DNA of 64,000 nt. Source: Blepharisma stoltei ATCC 30299. Its lineage: Eukaryota; Protista; Ciliophora. Position 1 is the stretch's first letter. Each line of letters opens with the position of its first letter. Shown here piece by piece: positions 1-13,400 of this stretch. The translations under genes were made by a program, and so were the position numbers. The notes under the pieces were generated by a model, which worked only from the letters and a program-made list of their open reading frames with translations, was not told the DNA's origin and searched no databases. Where the stretch lies: the NCBI GenBank assembly GCA_965603825.1, contig CBFDEM010000057.1, positions 310,001 through 374,000 of the forward strand. Direction: 5' to 3'.

Positions 1-1
1 T

Positions 2-3000
2 AGCGAGCTTCATCTAAGTTGGAAACTCGAAAGCGCAGATGGCAATTTAACAGCTGTGGATGAGGAATCTATTTGGGAAAATCAAAAATGGCCATCAAGT
101 TTGTATATCCCTGCAAAAAGTATCCCACCATACACTAATGTTACATTTGTTTTACAAGCTGCCAATTTAGTTTCAAATATCAAGGGAGTTGGACTAATCG
201 AAATCTCAGTTTTTCCTTCTTCTCCAGTCATTCAATTTTCTCGAACAGATGGAGATGCTGAGGCTGACAAACCATTTTCTATTGATGCAAGTTCGAGTTA
301 TGATCCTAACGAAAATAAGCCTCTTTCCTTTGTCTGAAACTGCATAAAAAGCAACTCAATTGATTGCTCATCATTAATTTCAGATCCCTATTCACCTATC
401 TTAAGGCTACCTTCGAATTCTTTAGAAACTGGGACTGAATATGCATTTTCAGTAGCAGCTATAGCTGATTTTTCAAATGGAAGACAAGGAAAATATTCAA
501 TGCAAACTGAAAAAACTATAAAAATAAGTGCTGTTAGTTATCATGTGCCTGATTTAAATATTATCAATGCAATCCCTGGAAGCCAATCAAACACTATGTC
601 AGGGGATAAAAAGCTTTCATTAGCAGTTTCAGTAGAAAGTGATCCCAATAAGCAACTTTCTTATCAATGAAGCTTAGTAAGTGGAGGAAATCTTAAATTC
701 ACAACTCCGCTTGATCAATATGCAATTGCGATCTCACAAGATTCTTTAAATGCAGGAATTACCTACACTCTAAATTTAGCTATTTTTGACGGAAGCCACT
801 ATTCTTCATTTTTTTACTCTTTTTATGCCAATTCTCCTCCAAGCTTAGGAAGCCTTGATACAGTTCCAGACGAAGGTATAGAATTAGATACCATTTTCAA
901 AATGGAGGCTTTAGGGTGAATTGATGAAGAAAATGATTACCCATTCGACTACTCATTTGGATATTTAACTGATAATAATAGTGTCTTTCTGAATATAAAA
1001 AATCAAAGCTCGACGCATTTTACCGCTTTTCCCTATCTAAGCAGAAGCACTTTGTCCATTTTTGTAGATGTTTATGACAGCTTAGGAGCCTTATCAAGAA
1101 AAATTGAAAAAATAAAAGTATCGAAAAATAAAAATCTGGACAAAAATGAACTGTATTTAAGTTCCCAAAATTATGTTTATTCAATAACTTCCAATCCACA
1201 AACATATCCTGCAACAATTGGCGATTTGTGTAGCTCTATCCTTAATAGAGACTATTATACAGACAGTGAATTCAAATATCCTTCTGATGATGACAAGGTT
1301 TTCCTACAAGAAGTTGTCAACTCAACTCTTTACTGAACTAAAAGTTTAATTGAAAAGGGCAACTTAGACAGTCAATCAATTTCAACCTTCGCAGACTTAT
1401 TAAGAATGGTGACATTTAACCCTTATTTAGTGGATCATGACGTTGAAACTAAAGTACTTGAAATGATAAATTCTATAGCTGATAATATTCCAGAATCACA
1501 AACTCTGACAAATGAACAAACTGATGACTATTTTATAGCAATTGATCAATCTTACCAGTATAATGCATCAAGTCTTGTTAATAAGACTGATAGCCTTGAA
1601 AAAGGAGTTGACACAATAAATAACCTGAATAAGCTTATACTTTCACAAATGGTTATTAATGAAAAAATTTTTATCACAACTGATAATATAGAAGCTACCT
1701 TGACAGTAATGGAAAGCAAAGACCTTGATGACTTTCAATTATATTCGAGCTCCAAAAGTGCTTCAGTAGCCTTACCATCAAATTTTTCATCTATACTAGC
1801 GAGCTCTACATCAGAAAGTGAAGTTGGTATTGCTATGACCCTTCTGAAAGCTCCAAAGAATCCTGACAGCTTATCATCGTCTGTTGTCGATTTCTCAATC
1901 TATGACCGGCAAAGTAATCAAAAAATTGAATTGAATATGACATTTTCTTATATCCTAATAGAAATTCCTGTCTGAAATCTTAAATCATCAGCATTTGTTC
2001 CTCAGTGTGCTTTTTTAAACACAAAATCTATGAATTGAAGCACTCAGGGCTGTACAAAGCAGCAAATAAAATCAGAAAGCATTATATGTAGCTGCAATCA
2101 TTTTACGAGTTTTGCGGCTATAGACTCTGCAGCTTCAACAATAATTAACTCAAATATTGGGGATACTATAAATGTATCTGCATGAAATAGCTTAAATGAA
2201 TCAAATGCAATTGGTCTATATTTTGGTATAGCTACTTTGATAATTTATATTATTTTAGCCATTTTTACTTATAAAAAAGATAAAAAGGAAGAAAAAATAG
2301 AAGAAGAAATTAGGAAAAAGTTGAAAGGAATACCAAAAAAGCTGGAAAGAGTTATAAATAAATTTAATGAAGATCCAAAAACTGAATATATGTCTGAAAA
2401 AGGTCAAAAAGTAACAAATTCAAAGAGCCCTATTTTGTGCTGCAAGAAGAAAATGGAAGATTGCAACGATGAATTCAATGATGAGGCACTACAAACATCA
2501 TGCTCAAAACCTCCCAAAAAAGATTATCAAGCTAAAAATTGTGAGGCTAAGGAGCTTACTGAACCCTATCATAAGGAAGACAAATCTGCCGAAATAAAAA
2601 ATCCGTTTTGAAAGTGCTGTAGGAAAAAGCAAAATTATAAAAACGATCCAAAAGACCAAAGTGAAGCTTTTGATGAGCCTGATGAAGTTTATGTTTATAG
2701 CTTCACAGATGAAATCCGCTCTGAAAGCACTGAAACTGAACAAATTAAAGAAACTAAAATAAGAAAATTGTTTGGTGTAATCTCAGAAAAGCACGAGCTC
2801 TTTAATATACTTTTGACAAGAGTGCCTCAAAATCCTAGCCTTTGCAGAATAACTTTATATTTTTTAGTTTTGATAGGTCAGATGTTTTTTATTGGTATGT
2901 TCTACGAAACTTCAACTTCTGCATCAACTGAAACTCTTTCAATAAATTCAACAAATTCCACATCTTCTGACTATAGCTCAGAAGGCTTTTCAATCAATTA

Positions 3001-3463
3001 CAGCTGGCATGATTTTTGGATTATGGCATGATCGTCTTTATTAATGATAGTTATAGTCTCAATTCTAGGTAAGCTATTTACAGAGCGAGAAATAACTGAT
3101 CAAATAACAGGAATTCAGTATTTAAAAATTAAAAGACAAAACAGAATAAAAAGATGGATAGGATTATTTTTAGCATGGGGTATTATGTTTTATTTCTTGT
3201 GAAGTATAGCATTGTATGCTATTCAGTTTGATGAAGATATTAGTAGAGTTTGGGTTCTTAATACAGGTATAAGCTATACGGTTAATATTTTGTTTACATC
3301 AGTAGTTAAAATTGCAATTACTGCTTATTTAACTATGAAATTATTAGATCTTATTGAAAAATACAAAAAGAAAAAAACTAAGGAAAACAATGAAGCTGAG
3401 ATTCATATAACAGATTTCCAGACACCTACCTATGAAATTAAAACTGGCCAAAATAAAAGATAA
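2..3463 (+). CDS. Polycystin-1/REJ-like receptor with REJ region, GAIN/GPS autoproteolysis site and ~5-6 TM helices; 5' end outside window
   Basis: ORF pieces 56, 1052, 1406, 2237, 2768 and 3212 share one frame and are separated only by TGA. GPS motif N-W(TGA)-STQGC...CSCNHFTSFA at ~2030-2120. REJ-like IDASSSYDP and FKMEALGW(TGA)IDEENDYPFDYSF. PKD1-like HELFNI...LCRITLYF...MFFIGMFY helix. Confidence 0.8.
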
Positions 3464-4055
3464 AAATAGGCACCTAAGGCACAGTAAATTAAGTTTAATT
3501 TTAAATTTAAAACATAAAATCTGCTGATCCATAATAAAATTTCATAAATACCTGACAGCGATAATTTCATATTTTTTAAAGCAAAAGCTATTATTATTTT
3601 AGCTAGAGTATAATTGTTGTAAAATAAATTAGCTAATTCAAAAATAAATTTTCTACAAAATAATGGTATGAAAGCAATATAATTTTTAAATTAAAATGCT
3701 CTTATGATAATTTGAAAATATTGACGAATTAATTATAAAAAATTTTTAAGTCTTAAATGGCAATAGATCTACTAATAAAAATAATAGAGATTAATATAAC
3801 TAAATATAATCAAGAATAGATTTAAAGTTGAATTTTTGTAGTTTTTCTTTATACTATAAAATTTTTCAAGCACCATACTTAATTATACAATATGGTGCAA
3901 TTTCTTAATCAGTAATTTTTTGCTTTATCACTGTTAATTAATCTATTTGACTGTGGTTCGTTCTATTTCAAGTTAAATTATCTTTGAAATTAATCTTTAA
4001 TTCAACTAAAGTTTAATTTGCAGGAGTACGTTGTTCATATAATAATATTGGGGAC

Positions 4056-4796
4056 ATGCAGCCAGTATCATTTATTTCATCATACCAAAAACTCCAAGGG
4101 CATTCTATGATAGCACCAACGACAGCAGATTTATTATCTTCTCTTTCTAAAGCTATATATTTAGAAATTAAAGAATTCAGCCAAAATTTTAACAAAATGA
4201 TAGACACTTATCCAATAGCTGCAACTGAATATTTTTCTGCCCAAGACATACCCAGACAGTATCAGGATACAAATGAAGAACTTTTGACAAACCAAGAAGA
4301 AATTTCAGAATTTCTGCAACTCATCGATAAGAGATTTAAATTCAGTCCTGAGGTAACCATATTGACTTTGGCCTATATTAAAAAACTTTCTATATCTTCA
4401 AAGATCCCGATTACAAATAATAATTGGAAGAATATTTCATTAGTATCTGTGCTAATTTCACAGCGAGTTTCAGACAATCCGCTTATTTCAGCTTCGTGTA
4501 TTGCTAGCCTTTTTCCAAATTTTACTTTGGAGAGCATAAAATTTATGGAGACTGAGTATTTGAATTTGATTCATTACGACTATAATATTGATCAAAATGA
4601 TTATATTAATCATATGGGCCACCTTCAAGATATTTCAAAATCATATCAATGGATTTCATGAAGACTGGACAACGAGAAATTGGAAAATATTATTGAGAGA
4701 ATGTCATGGCTTTCTCAAGGAATGGCTAATTTCGATAATGGGATTGTTCGGTCTAAAAGAATCACCGCAATTAATTTAAACGAAATTGAATTTTAA
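4056..4796 (+). CDS. Cyclin-box protein (cyclin Y/PHO80-like), divergent
   Basis: FSPEVTILTLAYIKKL...ITNNNWKNISLVSVLISQRV...METEYLNLIHY cyclin N-box pattern. Reading through TGA 4659 reaches TAA 4794-4796. Confidence 0.7.
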
Positions 4797-5733
4797 AAAA
4801 TAATAGAATTTTATCAGATTTGTAGGAAATATATATATATATGTTAAATTAAATAAAATTTATTATTAATACTATTCTTGTGTTAAATCTAACAATTTTT
4901 GATGGAAATTTTCAAATAAACATATTTTCTAACTATAGATATTTAGAGGAATTCCAAAAGTATAGATATATAATTATTATTTTTACTGCAGATTTTAATA
5001 AGATAAATATAAAAAATTATTTCACAATCAAATGCTTATGATACTTTTCAATAAATCTATCGAAAGCCATTTTATTTTTACATTTAGGCTTGCGTTTTAA
5101 CTCCCAACTAGTTGAAATAAAAGTTAATAAATTAGGTTTTTTCCACTAAAATTCTCGGGGATGCTAATAAAATTTATGAAAATCTGTTTGTCTATAGTGT
5201 ACTATGATTTTCCTATTTTATTTTCTAGACTAATTAAAATTAATAGTTTGCTTATTGAAAGATGATGCAGATAAATATTGTTATCTTGACACTATAATAT
5301 TAGATAATTGTTAATAAAATTTTTAAATAGATAAAATTTTAGGTGCATTTAAACTATGAGATTTATAGCAAAATATAAATATGAAGAGTCCATTATCTAA
5401 ATTTATATACTCAATTGTCAAATCAACAATTCTTATTATCAGAGCCAAAAATTATAAAATCTTATTCCTGCTAAAACAATAGATTAAATAATTTGAAAAG
5501 ATATGGAACTCAAAATAGTTTAAACATGCCCTAATAACTAATAATTATATTTTTAATAAAGAATCATAGCGATGCCATCTCAGAAGTAATTAAAAATAAT
5601 ACCTCGAGCTTTTAATTAGGAATTTATACAAAATAATTATATTCATATTCTTAAAATAGTCCTGTACTTTATCTCTATTGAGGATATTTAAATATTTTTG
5701 AAACAGCTCTAAATTAATATTTCTGTTACAAAA

Positions 5734-6753
5734 ATGTCAACAGGTGGTTTTGCTCTTCATGGTTACAACGAAGGATCACTTCTCCAAAGAATGCTATTGC
5801 TGAAAGCATCAGACTCTTTTGGCGACTGTCTTTCACATGCTAGCAGTTTATCAAATGACCAAATTGTGATTGCAGATTACGGCTCATCTGAAGGATTCAA
5901 CTCAATGATCTTTTTAAGTCGAGTTCTTTCTAAATTCAGAGAGACTTCTCCACAATCTATTTTGGTCGTGCACAATGATTTGCCTGATAACAATTGGGTG
6001 AAAACTTTTAAAACCCTTTTAGAGTTTGAAGAATCTTATATAAAGGTCCCAAATGTCTATTTTTCAGCTATCGGACGTTCTTTCTATGATCAAGTTTTGC
6101 CGAATAATTCTGTGCATCTAGGGTTTTCATCTGCGGCTCTCCATTGACTATCTCGGCCACTTTGTGCTCCTGATCATGTTATCCCATCAGCTTCCAAAGA
6201 TCCAGAATTTAAAGCTATTGTCGCTGAAGTTGCCCATAACGACTTGGTCACTCTCCTTCGACAGAGACATAAAGAGCTTGTCAACTCGGGGAGACTAATC
6301 ATCCAGATATTAGATGACACTTTACCAACTGTAATGTCAAGTGTGATTTTTAATTCAACAACAGAAATAATGTGCGCTAAAGGATTTATAAGTGAAGAAG
6401 AAAAAAGAAGCATCACTGTGCCTACTTATGGAAGGTCTGACGAAGAAATACAAAGGGCTTTAGCTGAAGTTTCTAGCCTTTATAGAGTAATATCATTAGG
6501 AAAAGTAGGTGGCGAGCAATTTTTACATGAAGATCTACCTCCTGAAGTGTTGCCTAAAGTTCTTGATGGCTTTAAAAGACTATCTCTATCTTCATTGAAG
6601 GGGATATTACAAAAAGTAGTCAAAAAAAGTGAAGAAGAAAGAAATCAAATATATGAGCATTATATAAGGGAAGTTACAGATTTCATTGAGACTAATCAAA
6701 ATTGGAATTGGTCACAATATCATTCAATTGTTCTTGAGAAGATTTCTCCATAA
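5734..6753 (+). CDS. SABATH-family SAM-dependent carboxyl methyltransferase, paralog 1
   Basis: IADYGSSEGFNS, HNDLPDNNW and GRSFYDQVLP...FSSAALH-W(TGA)-LS motifs. ORFs 5734 and 6244 are in frame. Confidence 0.88.
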
Positions 6754-6966
6754 TAGCTAAAAAGCATTAATTCTTTATTGGAATTTTAAATTCATTAACT
6801 TTTAAATATTCACTTTTTAATTAGTTGGAGCCCTTTTATATCCAATGATTTTATAACTAAAATTATGAATACCTGAATATTTTTAAGGAAGATACTAAGG
6901 ATTTTTGATAAGTTTTTATGAATAAAAATTATGATTAATATGAAAACTAAAAATAAACTTAATAAA

Positions 6967-7965
6967 ATGTCATCAATAGATTATGCATTTCAAAACTATA
7001 ACGAGTATTCGAGCCCTGCATTAACTGTGATGATGAGGATGTCAAATGCTTTCCAAGAAGCTCTTAGCAAGGCAAGAACTTTGGATAGCTCAACAATTAC
7101 TATTGCAGATTATGGTTCATCAGAATGCTTAAACTCTATGCTTTTCATAAAGCATGCTTTGACTCCTTTCAGAGAGACCTCTCAGCAACCAATTCTTATT
7201 TACCATAATGATTTGCCCACAAATAGCTGGTCAAAAGCATTTAAGACAATTTTGGAGCATCAAGATTCTTATATCAACCTACCAAATGTTTATTTCTCTT
7301 CTGTCGGGAGAACTTTTTTTGAACAGATTTTGCCTGATAATTCAGTGACAATAGGAATTTCTTCAATATCTTTTCACTTCTTATCTGAAGATCTTTCTGC
7401 GCCTGATCATGTGCTGGCTTCATCCTCAAATGATCTTGAGTTCAAAGAGAAAGCTGCAAAATTTGCACATGATGACCTTATAAATCTCTTGGAACTCAGG
7501 TATAAAGAATTAGTGGACCATGGTACGCTAATTCTGCAATTTGCTGGGGAGACAATGGATTTTGGGCAATATTTGCAAGATGCAAATGAAAGGTTGTATG
7601 AAAAAGGAATAGTCACTGAAGAAGAAAAAACAAGTTTGTCAGCTGCGTCTTATGGAAGAACAACAGAAGAAGTCCAGAGAGCTTTAGATCAAGAACGAGA
7701 AAAATTTAGAGTTCTTTATTTCAATAAAGAAAAAGTCCCTATGTTCACCGGGAAGAGTGAAAAGCATATTGAAATATTTACTGGGATGAGCAAGATGGTT
7801 GTGGGATTTCAATTGCAGAAAACTATTAAAAGAACAGAGGAAGAGAGAAATGAAATATTGAAACAGTATGTTGACGAAATGAAGGATCTTTTTGAGGCAA
7901 AAGATCAGCAGCTTTTTACTGATCTATATATTGTTGCGCTTGAAAAAATTTCGAGAGATAAATAA
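6967..7965 (+). CDS. SABATH-family methyltransferase, paralog 2 (an upstream in-frame ATG at 6931 is also possible)
   Basis: IADYGSSECLNS, HNDLPTNSW, GRTFFEQILP, SFHFLS; colinear with paralog 1. Confidence 0.88.
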   Translation: MSSIDYAFQNYNEYSSPALTVMMRMSNAFQEALSKARTLDSSTITIADYGSSECLNSMLFIKHALTPFRETSQQPILIYHNDLPTNSWSKAFKTILEHQDSYINLPNVYFSSVGRTFFEQILPDNSVTIGISSISFHFLSEDLSAPDHVLASSSNDLEFKEKAAKFAHDDLINLLELRYKELVDHGTLILQFAGETMDFGQYLQDANERLYEKGIVTEEEKTSLSAASYGRTTEEVQRALDQEREKFRVLYFNKEKVPMFTGKSEKHIEIFTGMSKMVVGFQLQKTIKRTEEERNEILKQYVDEMKDLFEAKDQQLFTDLYIVALEKISRDK

Positions 7966-8219
7966 GATAATCATAGTATTACAATATTGATTAAATACAT
8001 AGCATTGAAATATTTATTGAATTAATTAAAAGAATCTCATTTCTCATCTTAATGTATAGCATAATTACTGTTAATATAAAAATTATGGGAAATCAATTCA
8101 TAATATTTGAAATAATGCTTTGTAAAAAATTGTCATTTTATAATATAAAATAACAAATTAAGGAGTAAAATTGTCTTAAAAGGAGCTTTATAACGAGCAA
8201 TTAGAAAAAATCCACTCGT

Positions 8220-8625
8220 TTAGTGCAACTATTAATGCAGCAACTAAAATTTTGTCCAAAAAGAAATTATTGCTCAAAAAAATAATATAACAATCTCAAT
8301 ATATGAAAGAACAAATGAAGACGTTCAAAGAGTCCTAATGAAGTCTCTCATCTTTATAGGGTCATTTCCTTTACTCAAATAGTAAAAGTAGACTTCTTAT
8401 TGAAAGTCTTCCGGCTGAAACAGTTAATGGTATAAGGAATGAGCTTAAAAAGCTAGCAAAATCCTTTTTAAAAGGAACTTTGGAAAGAGCGATTAAAAGA
8501 AGCAAGGAAGAAAAAATGCAGCATGCAAATTGTTTACTAAATAAATCTCAGAATTTGTTGGCAGAAGTGAGGTAGACAGCTGACTAACATTTAACTCATT
8601 TATTTTCGAGAAAATCTTATCATAA
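8220..8625 (+). pseudogene. Degraded third SABATH copy (C-terminal half only)
   Basis: YERTNEDVQRVL/frameshift/EVSHLYRVIS and LKGTLERAIKRSKEEK...FEKILS* match YGRSDEEIQRALAEVSSLYRVIS and LKGILQKVVKKSEEER...LEKISP* of paralog 1. Contains frameshifts and stops; no N-terminal motifs found. Confidence 0.75.
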
Positions 8626-8747
8626 CCATTTATTTAAACAATTCTTCAATTGTGCCTATATTATAATTAGTAAATCTATTAAAATACTTAAGTATATTAA
8701 TTTTAAATAGTTAAGAGTTGTTGTCCTTACAAAATTATGTTTTACAG

Positions 8748-9563
8748 CTAAAGATATTTATTTCTCAACGCTATTTCATCTTCAAGCATGCTCTCTAATG
8801 CCATGATCAGTTCACTTTCTTCCCCAACCACGTACTCTTGCTTAGGAGCACTTTCTAGGCCATTCAGGTGCTCAATTTCCTCTACCAAAAGATCGTCAAT
8901 TAGTGCATCAGCAGCTTCTTCTCATTGCATTACAACCAGATCAGCAAACTGCTGAAATACAAGTGCCAGCAAATCTGTGTTAGTAACTTTTAAGTTTTTC
9001 ACTAGCGTTGGCCTAGGCTCTTCAATATTGTATGAGACTGGCTGAGGCTTTATTTTGATTTCTTCTTTAATTTCTGGAATTGGAGTTTTAATCTCTTTTA
9101 GTTCAGGTGTTTTTGATCTAAGCTGTGGGGTTGGTTCTGATATAAATTCATCTATTAGGGATTTCTTTTTAAATGTTGCTGCTTTGGCTATATTTTCTTT
9201 GACAAAGTTTCTTGACTTAGGAATTGGTTTTGAAATTATTTTTTTAGATGTTTTTCTTTTGATTTTAGGTTTTTTTAATTCAATTTCTTCAGATTTTTGT
9301 CTAAAACTTATAAGTTCCTTTTTATCTTTTCTAATTTCTTTTGAACTTATTTCTTTATTGTTCTCTCCAATATTCTCATTTTCAGATAAATCAGGAGATT
9401 CCAGAGACTCATTGAAAGCTTCTGAGTCATCAAAAAGGATAGATTTAAAAGGCAAAGGAGAATTGTTAGCTATTTTTGGTTTTCTCATAATTTTTTCAGC
9501 TTTAGGCTTTTCTTCAAAAGCAGCGGCTTCACCCTCATCATATAAAATTGAAACAAAAGACAT
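8748..9563 (-). CDS. Hypothetical protein, Lys/Glu-rich with helical acidic C-terminus
   Basis: 213-aa ORF continues through TGA 8922 (W-EEAADALIDDLLVEE...) to TAG at 8748-8750. Confidence 0.7.
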
Positions 9564-9651
9564 ATTTATTAATCGTTTAACATCTCTATAGTTTTTCTTG
9601 CTATAAAATATATAGCTAGAATCAAGCCCATGTAATAAAATTACACACTAG

Positions 9652-9954
9652 TTATTTAGTTTTAGTTCTTGGGAATACGTAATTCGCAAGCGGGTGATAA
9701 GCATCGCAACTGCTGACGGTTCTACTTTTTCGTTTTCTTCTTTCCACTTCTGGTGAATTTAATTTTCTCTTTCGATTGTCCAAATCTAATTCAACACTGT
9801 TCCTCCTGGGCTCTTTCTGAGGAGTTTCCTTTCCAGAATTCTGATTCCCAGCTGGCTGAGCATATTCTGACAGGTCTCTTGTACTCATAACCTTGCATTG
9901 GTGAAGTTTAGAAGGTTTTTTCCCTGTAAAGCAACACAAAATAAGACCTCTCAT
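9652..9954 (-). CDS. Small basic hypothetical protein
   Basis: ATG-TAA ORF of 100 aa with coding-like composition between AT-rich spacers. Confidence 0.55.
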   Translation of the reverse strand: MRGLILCCFTGKKPSKLHQCKVMSTRDLSEYAQPAGNQNSGKETPQKEPRRNSVELDLDNRKRKLNSPEVERRKRKSRTVSSCDAYHPLANYVFPRTKTK

Positions 9955-10476
9955 ATTTATGAGCGATGAATAGATTGATTATAAGTCTCATTTATAATTC
10001 GTAGAGAGAAACTTCTTCAACTTAAAATTTTTATTGAACTTTGAAAATTTTTATCAAAACAAATTAATAATCAATTCACTTATTTTATGATCAATTGAAA
10101 TTCGCATAATGAGTAACACTAATTTGAACACTTTTGTATATTGATAGTAATAAAATTAGGACTTCAGATCTACATTAAATAATTTCTACCTAAAGTCAAT
10201 TGCATTCTGCAATTTTAACCAGCTATAAAAATTATGGCTTTCACAAAATCAGTATTAACTGAAATTTTGGCTCCATTTGACTATAATTTTTTTCGATAAG
10301 ATCCATTTGCAGTAATTTAATATACTGTAGCTTTATATAATTTCTTTCATTCATTGTATGCCTTATCGTAATTTTAAGTACCTCAAATGCCTCTCACATC
10401 TCGACATTTTCCAAAATCTCCTTAATAAATCGATAAAATCTTTCTCGCTCTGGCATTCATTGCTTATATATAAAAT

Positions 10477-13400
10477 ATGGATAGCAGCTTCAATAGTAAA
10501 GTTGACCTAGCTCTAACGCGAGAACTGAAACCACTTCTAATTACATTTGAAAAGGCAAAAGAATGGGAATGAAGCGATCTAATTCGCTGGCTGAAGTCAG
10601 TTAAGCATCTCCTAGACCATCATAAGAGTGAAGCAATACCTGAAAAGTTTACGCTCGCCAAACGTCTTCAGCAATGCTTGAATCCCGCACTACCACAAGG
10701 GCTTCATCTTATAACACTAAGTATATATGACACTATTTTAGAAGAGCGACAAAACTTCGAAACCTTAACCTTTTTCTCAACTGGATTTTTGCCTTTCTTT
10801 GAATACGCGTCATCGGAAAACCAAAAAGCAGTGGTCAGACTAGCAAAGCAGTTCTTACATTTGGATCCTGCAATCAGTTTGAGAAATGCTTTGATTGGAA
10901 TTGTTACACCGCTGCTGCCAGGACTTGAAGAAGGGACTTCTAATCAAGATGTTGAAAGAGAAGTGATGAACTTATTTGATGCTTTTGCTGAAAAAGATAA
11001 ATTTGGGCTTTTTCAAGCAATTTGGCATGCACTTTTAAAGACCAGCCGCGCAAGATTAGGAGCTTTAAATTATTTAACAAAAAGGATTCCTAAGGATTCC
11101 AGAATTATTATAGAATTTATGCCAGAAAAAACAATGCTGCTAAGTGCATTAGCTGCTGGCATACATAGTGAAAACATTTTGGTGCAGCGAGCAACAATTG
11201 ATTTGCTGATAAGCCATTTTCCAATACTCCAAAATGAAGGGGTTTTTATACTTGAAGAAAAAAGATCGATTTTAGAACTGTTATTTAGGCTACTCGCTAA
11301 AAGAGACTCAACCTTGACAAGGAGAATTTGGGAATATGTCCATTTAGGGGAAAGTTTGCCATCTGAAGAAATTTTTGAAAATATTAAAGAAGAATACATC
11401 GTACCCACCTTAAAAGCAATTTTAGAAGCAAAAGTCGATTTATCTGGAATTTCAACCCAGGAGCAAATCAGCAAGGTCATTGAGCCGCTAGTAATTGCGG
11501 AGGCTGCGCTTGATAAAGATAATTTAGGCACTTTGTTGTTAAGAGATATTTCTGTGAGCTTGATTTCTAATGTAAAAAACCATAAAGATCAAGAAATTTA
11601 TGGAAAAGAGGTATGTGAGAAATTTTCAACAATGCTGAGAAGCGATCTATGTGTAAATAATGTGAAATTAATATGGCAAGCTCTAGCTGATTCTCTTGAA
11701 GAGAACTGCATTGGAGAGGTTGGGGACATTATGGATGTTATTTATTTCTACATCACCAATTTCCCAATCAGTCAAAAAAGCTATGAGTGTATGGTCCCGA
11801 TCCTTGATATTTTATATACAAATATGCATAGACTCCACAATTCTTTGAGCACCTCTTTAAAGATCGTTCAGATTTTATTAAGCAAAACTGAAATTACAGT
11901 TGACATCCAAAACTCAATATCATGCTTCTATAGATTTTACGTGGAGTTTTCAAAAAATGCAGAAATTCCACTAAAAGACCTTAAACGAGCCTCATTAATT
12001 GCGTTTACATTAGCTCGTCATGGGACTCCTGAATTCGGCTGGCTAAGCTGCATAATCAATTTCATAACAAGCAATAAGGATGTTGAAAAATCCTTAATGG
12101 GGATCGAAATTGCTATAAATCTATTAAAAGAAAACTTAGAGCCCTACAAAAATTTCCTTCAAAGCGAGCTTGGCGGCCTTGAAGATTTCTTCTTTAAGCA
12201 GCTTTGGCAGTTTCTCGACCAGTCTAAAAAGCGAAAAAAAATTGTGAAGCTTATATGGAAGCTTTCTGACCCAATAACCTATATTCTCCAGGCTATCCAA
12301 AACAATCTTGCGTTATCAAAGCTAAACCCTCCAAATGAAGTCAAACCAAGAATTGATACACTTAACCGTCTAAATGTGGTATGGAATATTACCAGAAACC
12401 TCAATAAAAACGAACTAAATGAGCTATTCTCGCGCGAATGCATTTTATTAATTTTAGACAAGCTTGAAGACCCTCATCCAGCAGTGAAGCACGCAGCTAA
12501 AAATTTCTTAAAAAACGCTTCCCCAGAATTTTCATTATTTATTGACCCATTGTATGAATCGCTGCTTTATACAGGGATTTCTCCTTTGTACCCTCCAATC
12601 TCATATTCCTTCAAAATCTTTAAAATCCTCTTGTCAGCAAATTGCTTTGCTTATCAAAATATTGAAAAAATGACATTGGGAGAGAAAATGCAAGATCTGT
12701 GGCTTGAGTATAGAAGAAACATAGTGAATTCTGAAGATGTTGCAACCTATGCAGATTTATTGACTGAAATTTGTGTTAATTATTTAGTAAGCCCTGCTGC
12801 GAATAGAAAAGACAGAGAAAGCCAAGGCGCAGCTGGGGAAGTGATAGAGCTGATTTTAAGTTATGGGGATCGAGAACTCGCTTACAGATGTGTTTTCAGA
12901 ATTATGAGGTCCCTTAAAAAAATATTTGAAGCAAAAGATGGAGTTATGCAATTAGTTTACTTGAATATTTTGAACCAAATTTTGTATAACTGCAGGATAG
13001 AGACTAATAAAGACAGATGCAAGGCTTTATTATCTATAAATTTCATATCAATTTTAGAAGATGATAACTTTTTGACAGGACAAGATGAATACGTCAGAAA
13101 CCACTGGGTCAGCTTTTTGATAAAATCATTAGACTTCGTCTCTGAAAGAATAGATTATGATACGTTTATCAAAATGGCTTCAATTGTTATAGAAAAACTG
13201 TGCGCACAAATAGAAATAAGTGTTAATAAAAAGCATCTGCTATTAGGAATTACAGCTTACTTGCATTATGGTCTCAGTATATCAAAGCCTGATGCTTTCG
13301 CTATTTCAGAGCCAGACCCTCATTCAGTGGCAAGAGAATCGTTTTTTGAAGGAATGTTTAAAAGACTATTAGGCAGTGATTCAGTCCCTGTTATTATTGC

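Noticed and set aside
5529-5545. Telomere-like CCCTAA seeds (also ~55272)
   Set aside because: Single imperfect copies, expected by chance; no tandem telomeric repeat.
9055-9591. 178-aa plus-strand hydrophobic ORF, and similar antisense ORFs (11070, 19402, 30139, 36051, 44049, 53412, 54090)
   Set aside because: Antisense shadows of well-supported genes on the other strand; Phe/Leu/Ser richness mirrors Lys/Glu codons.
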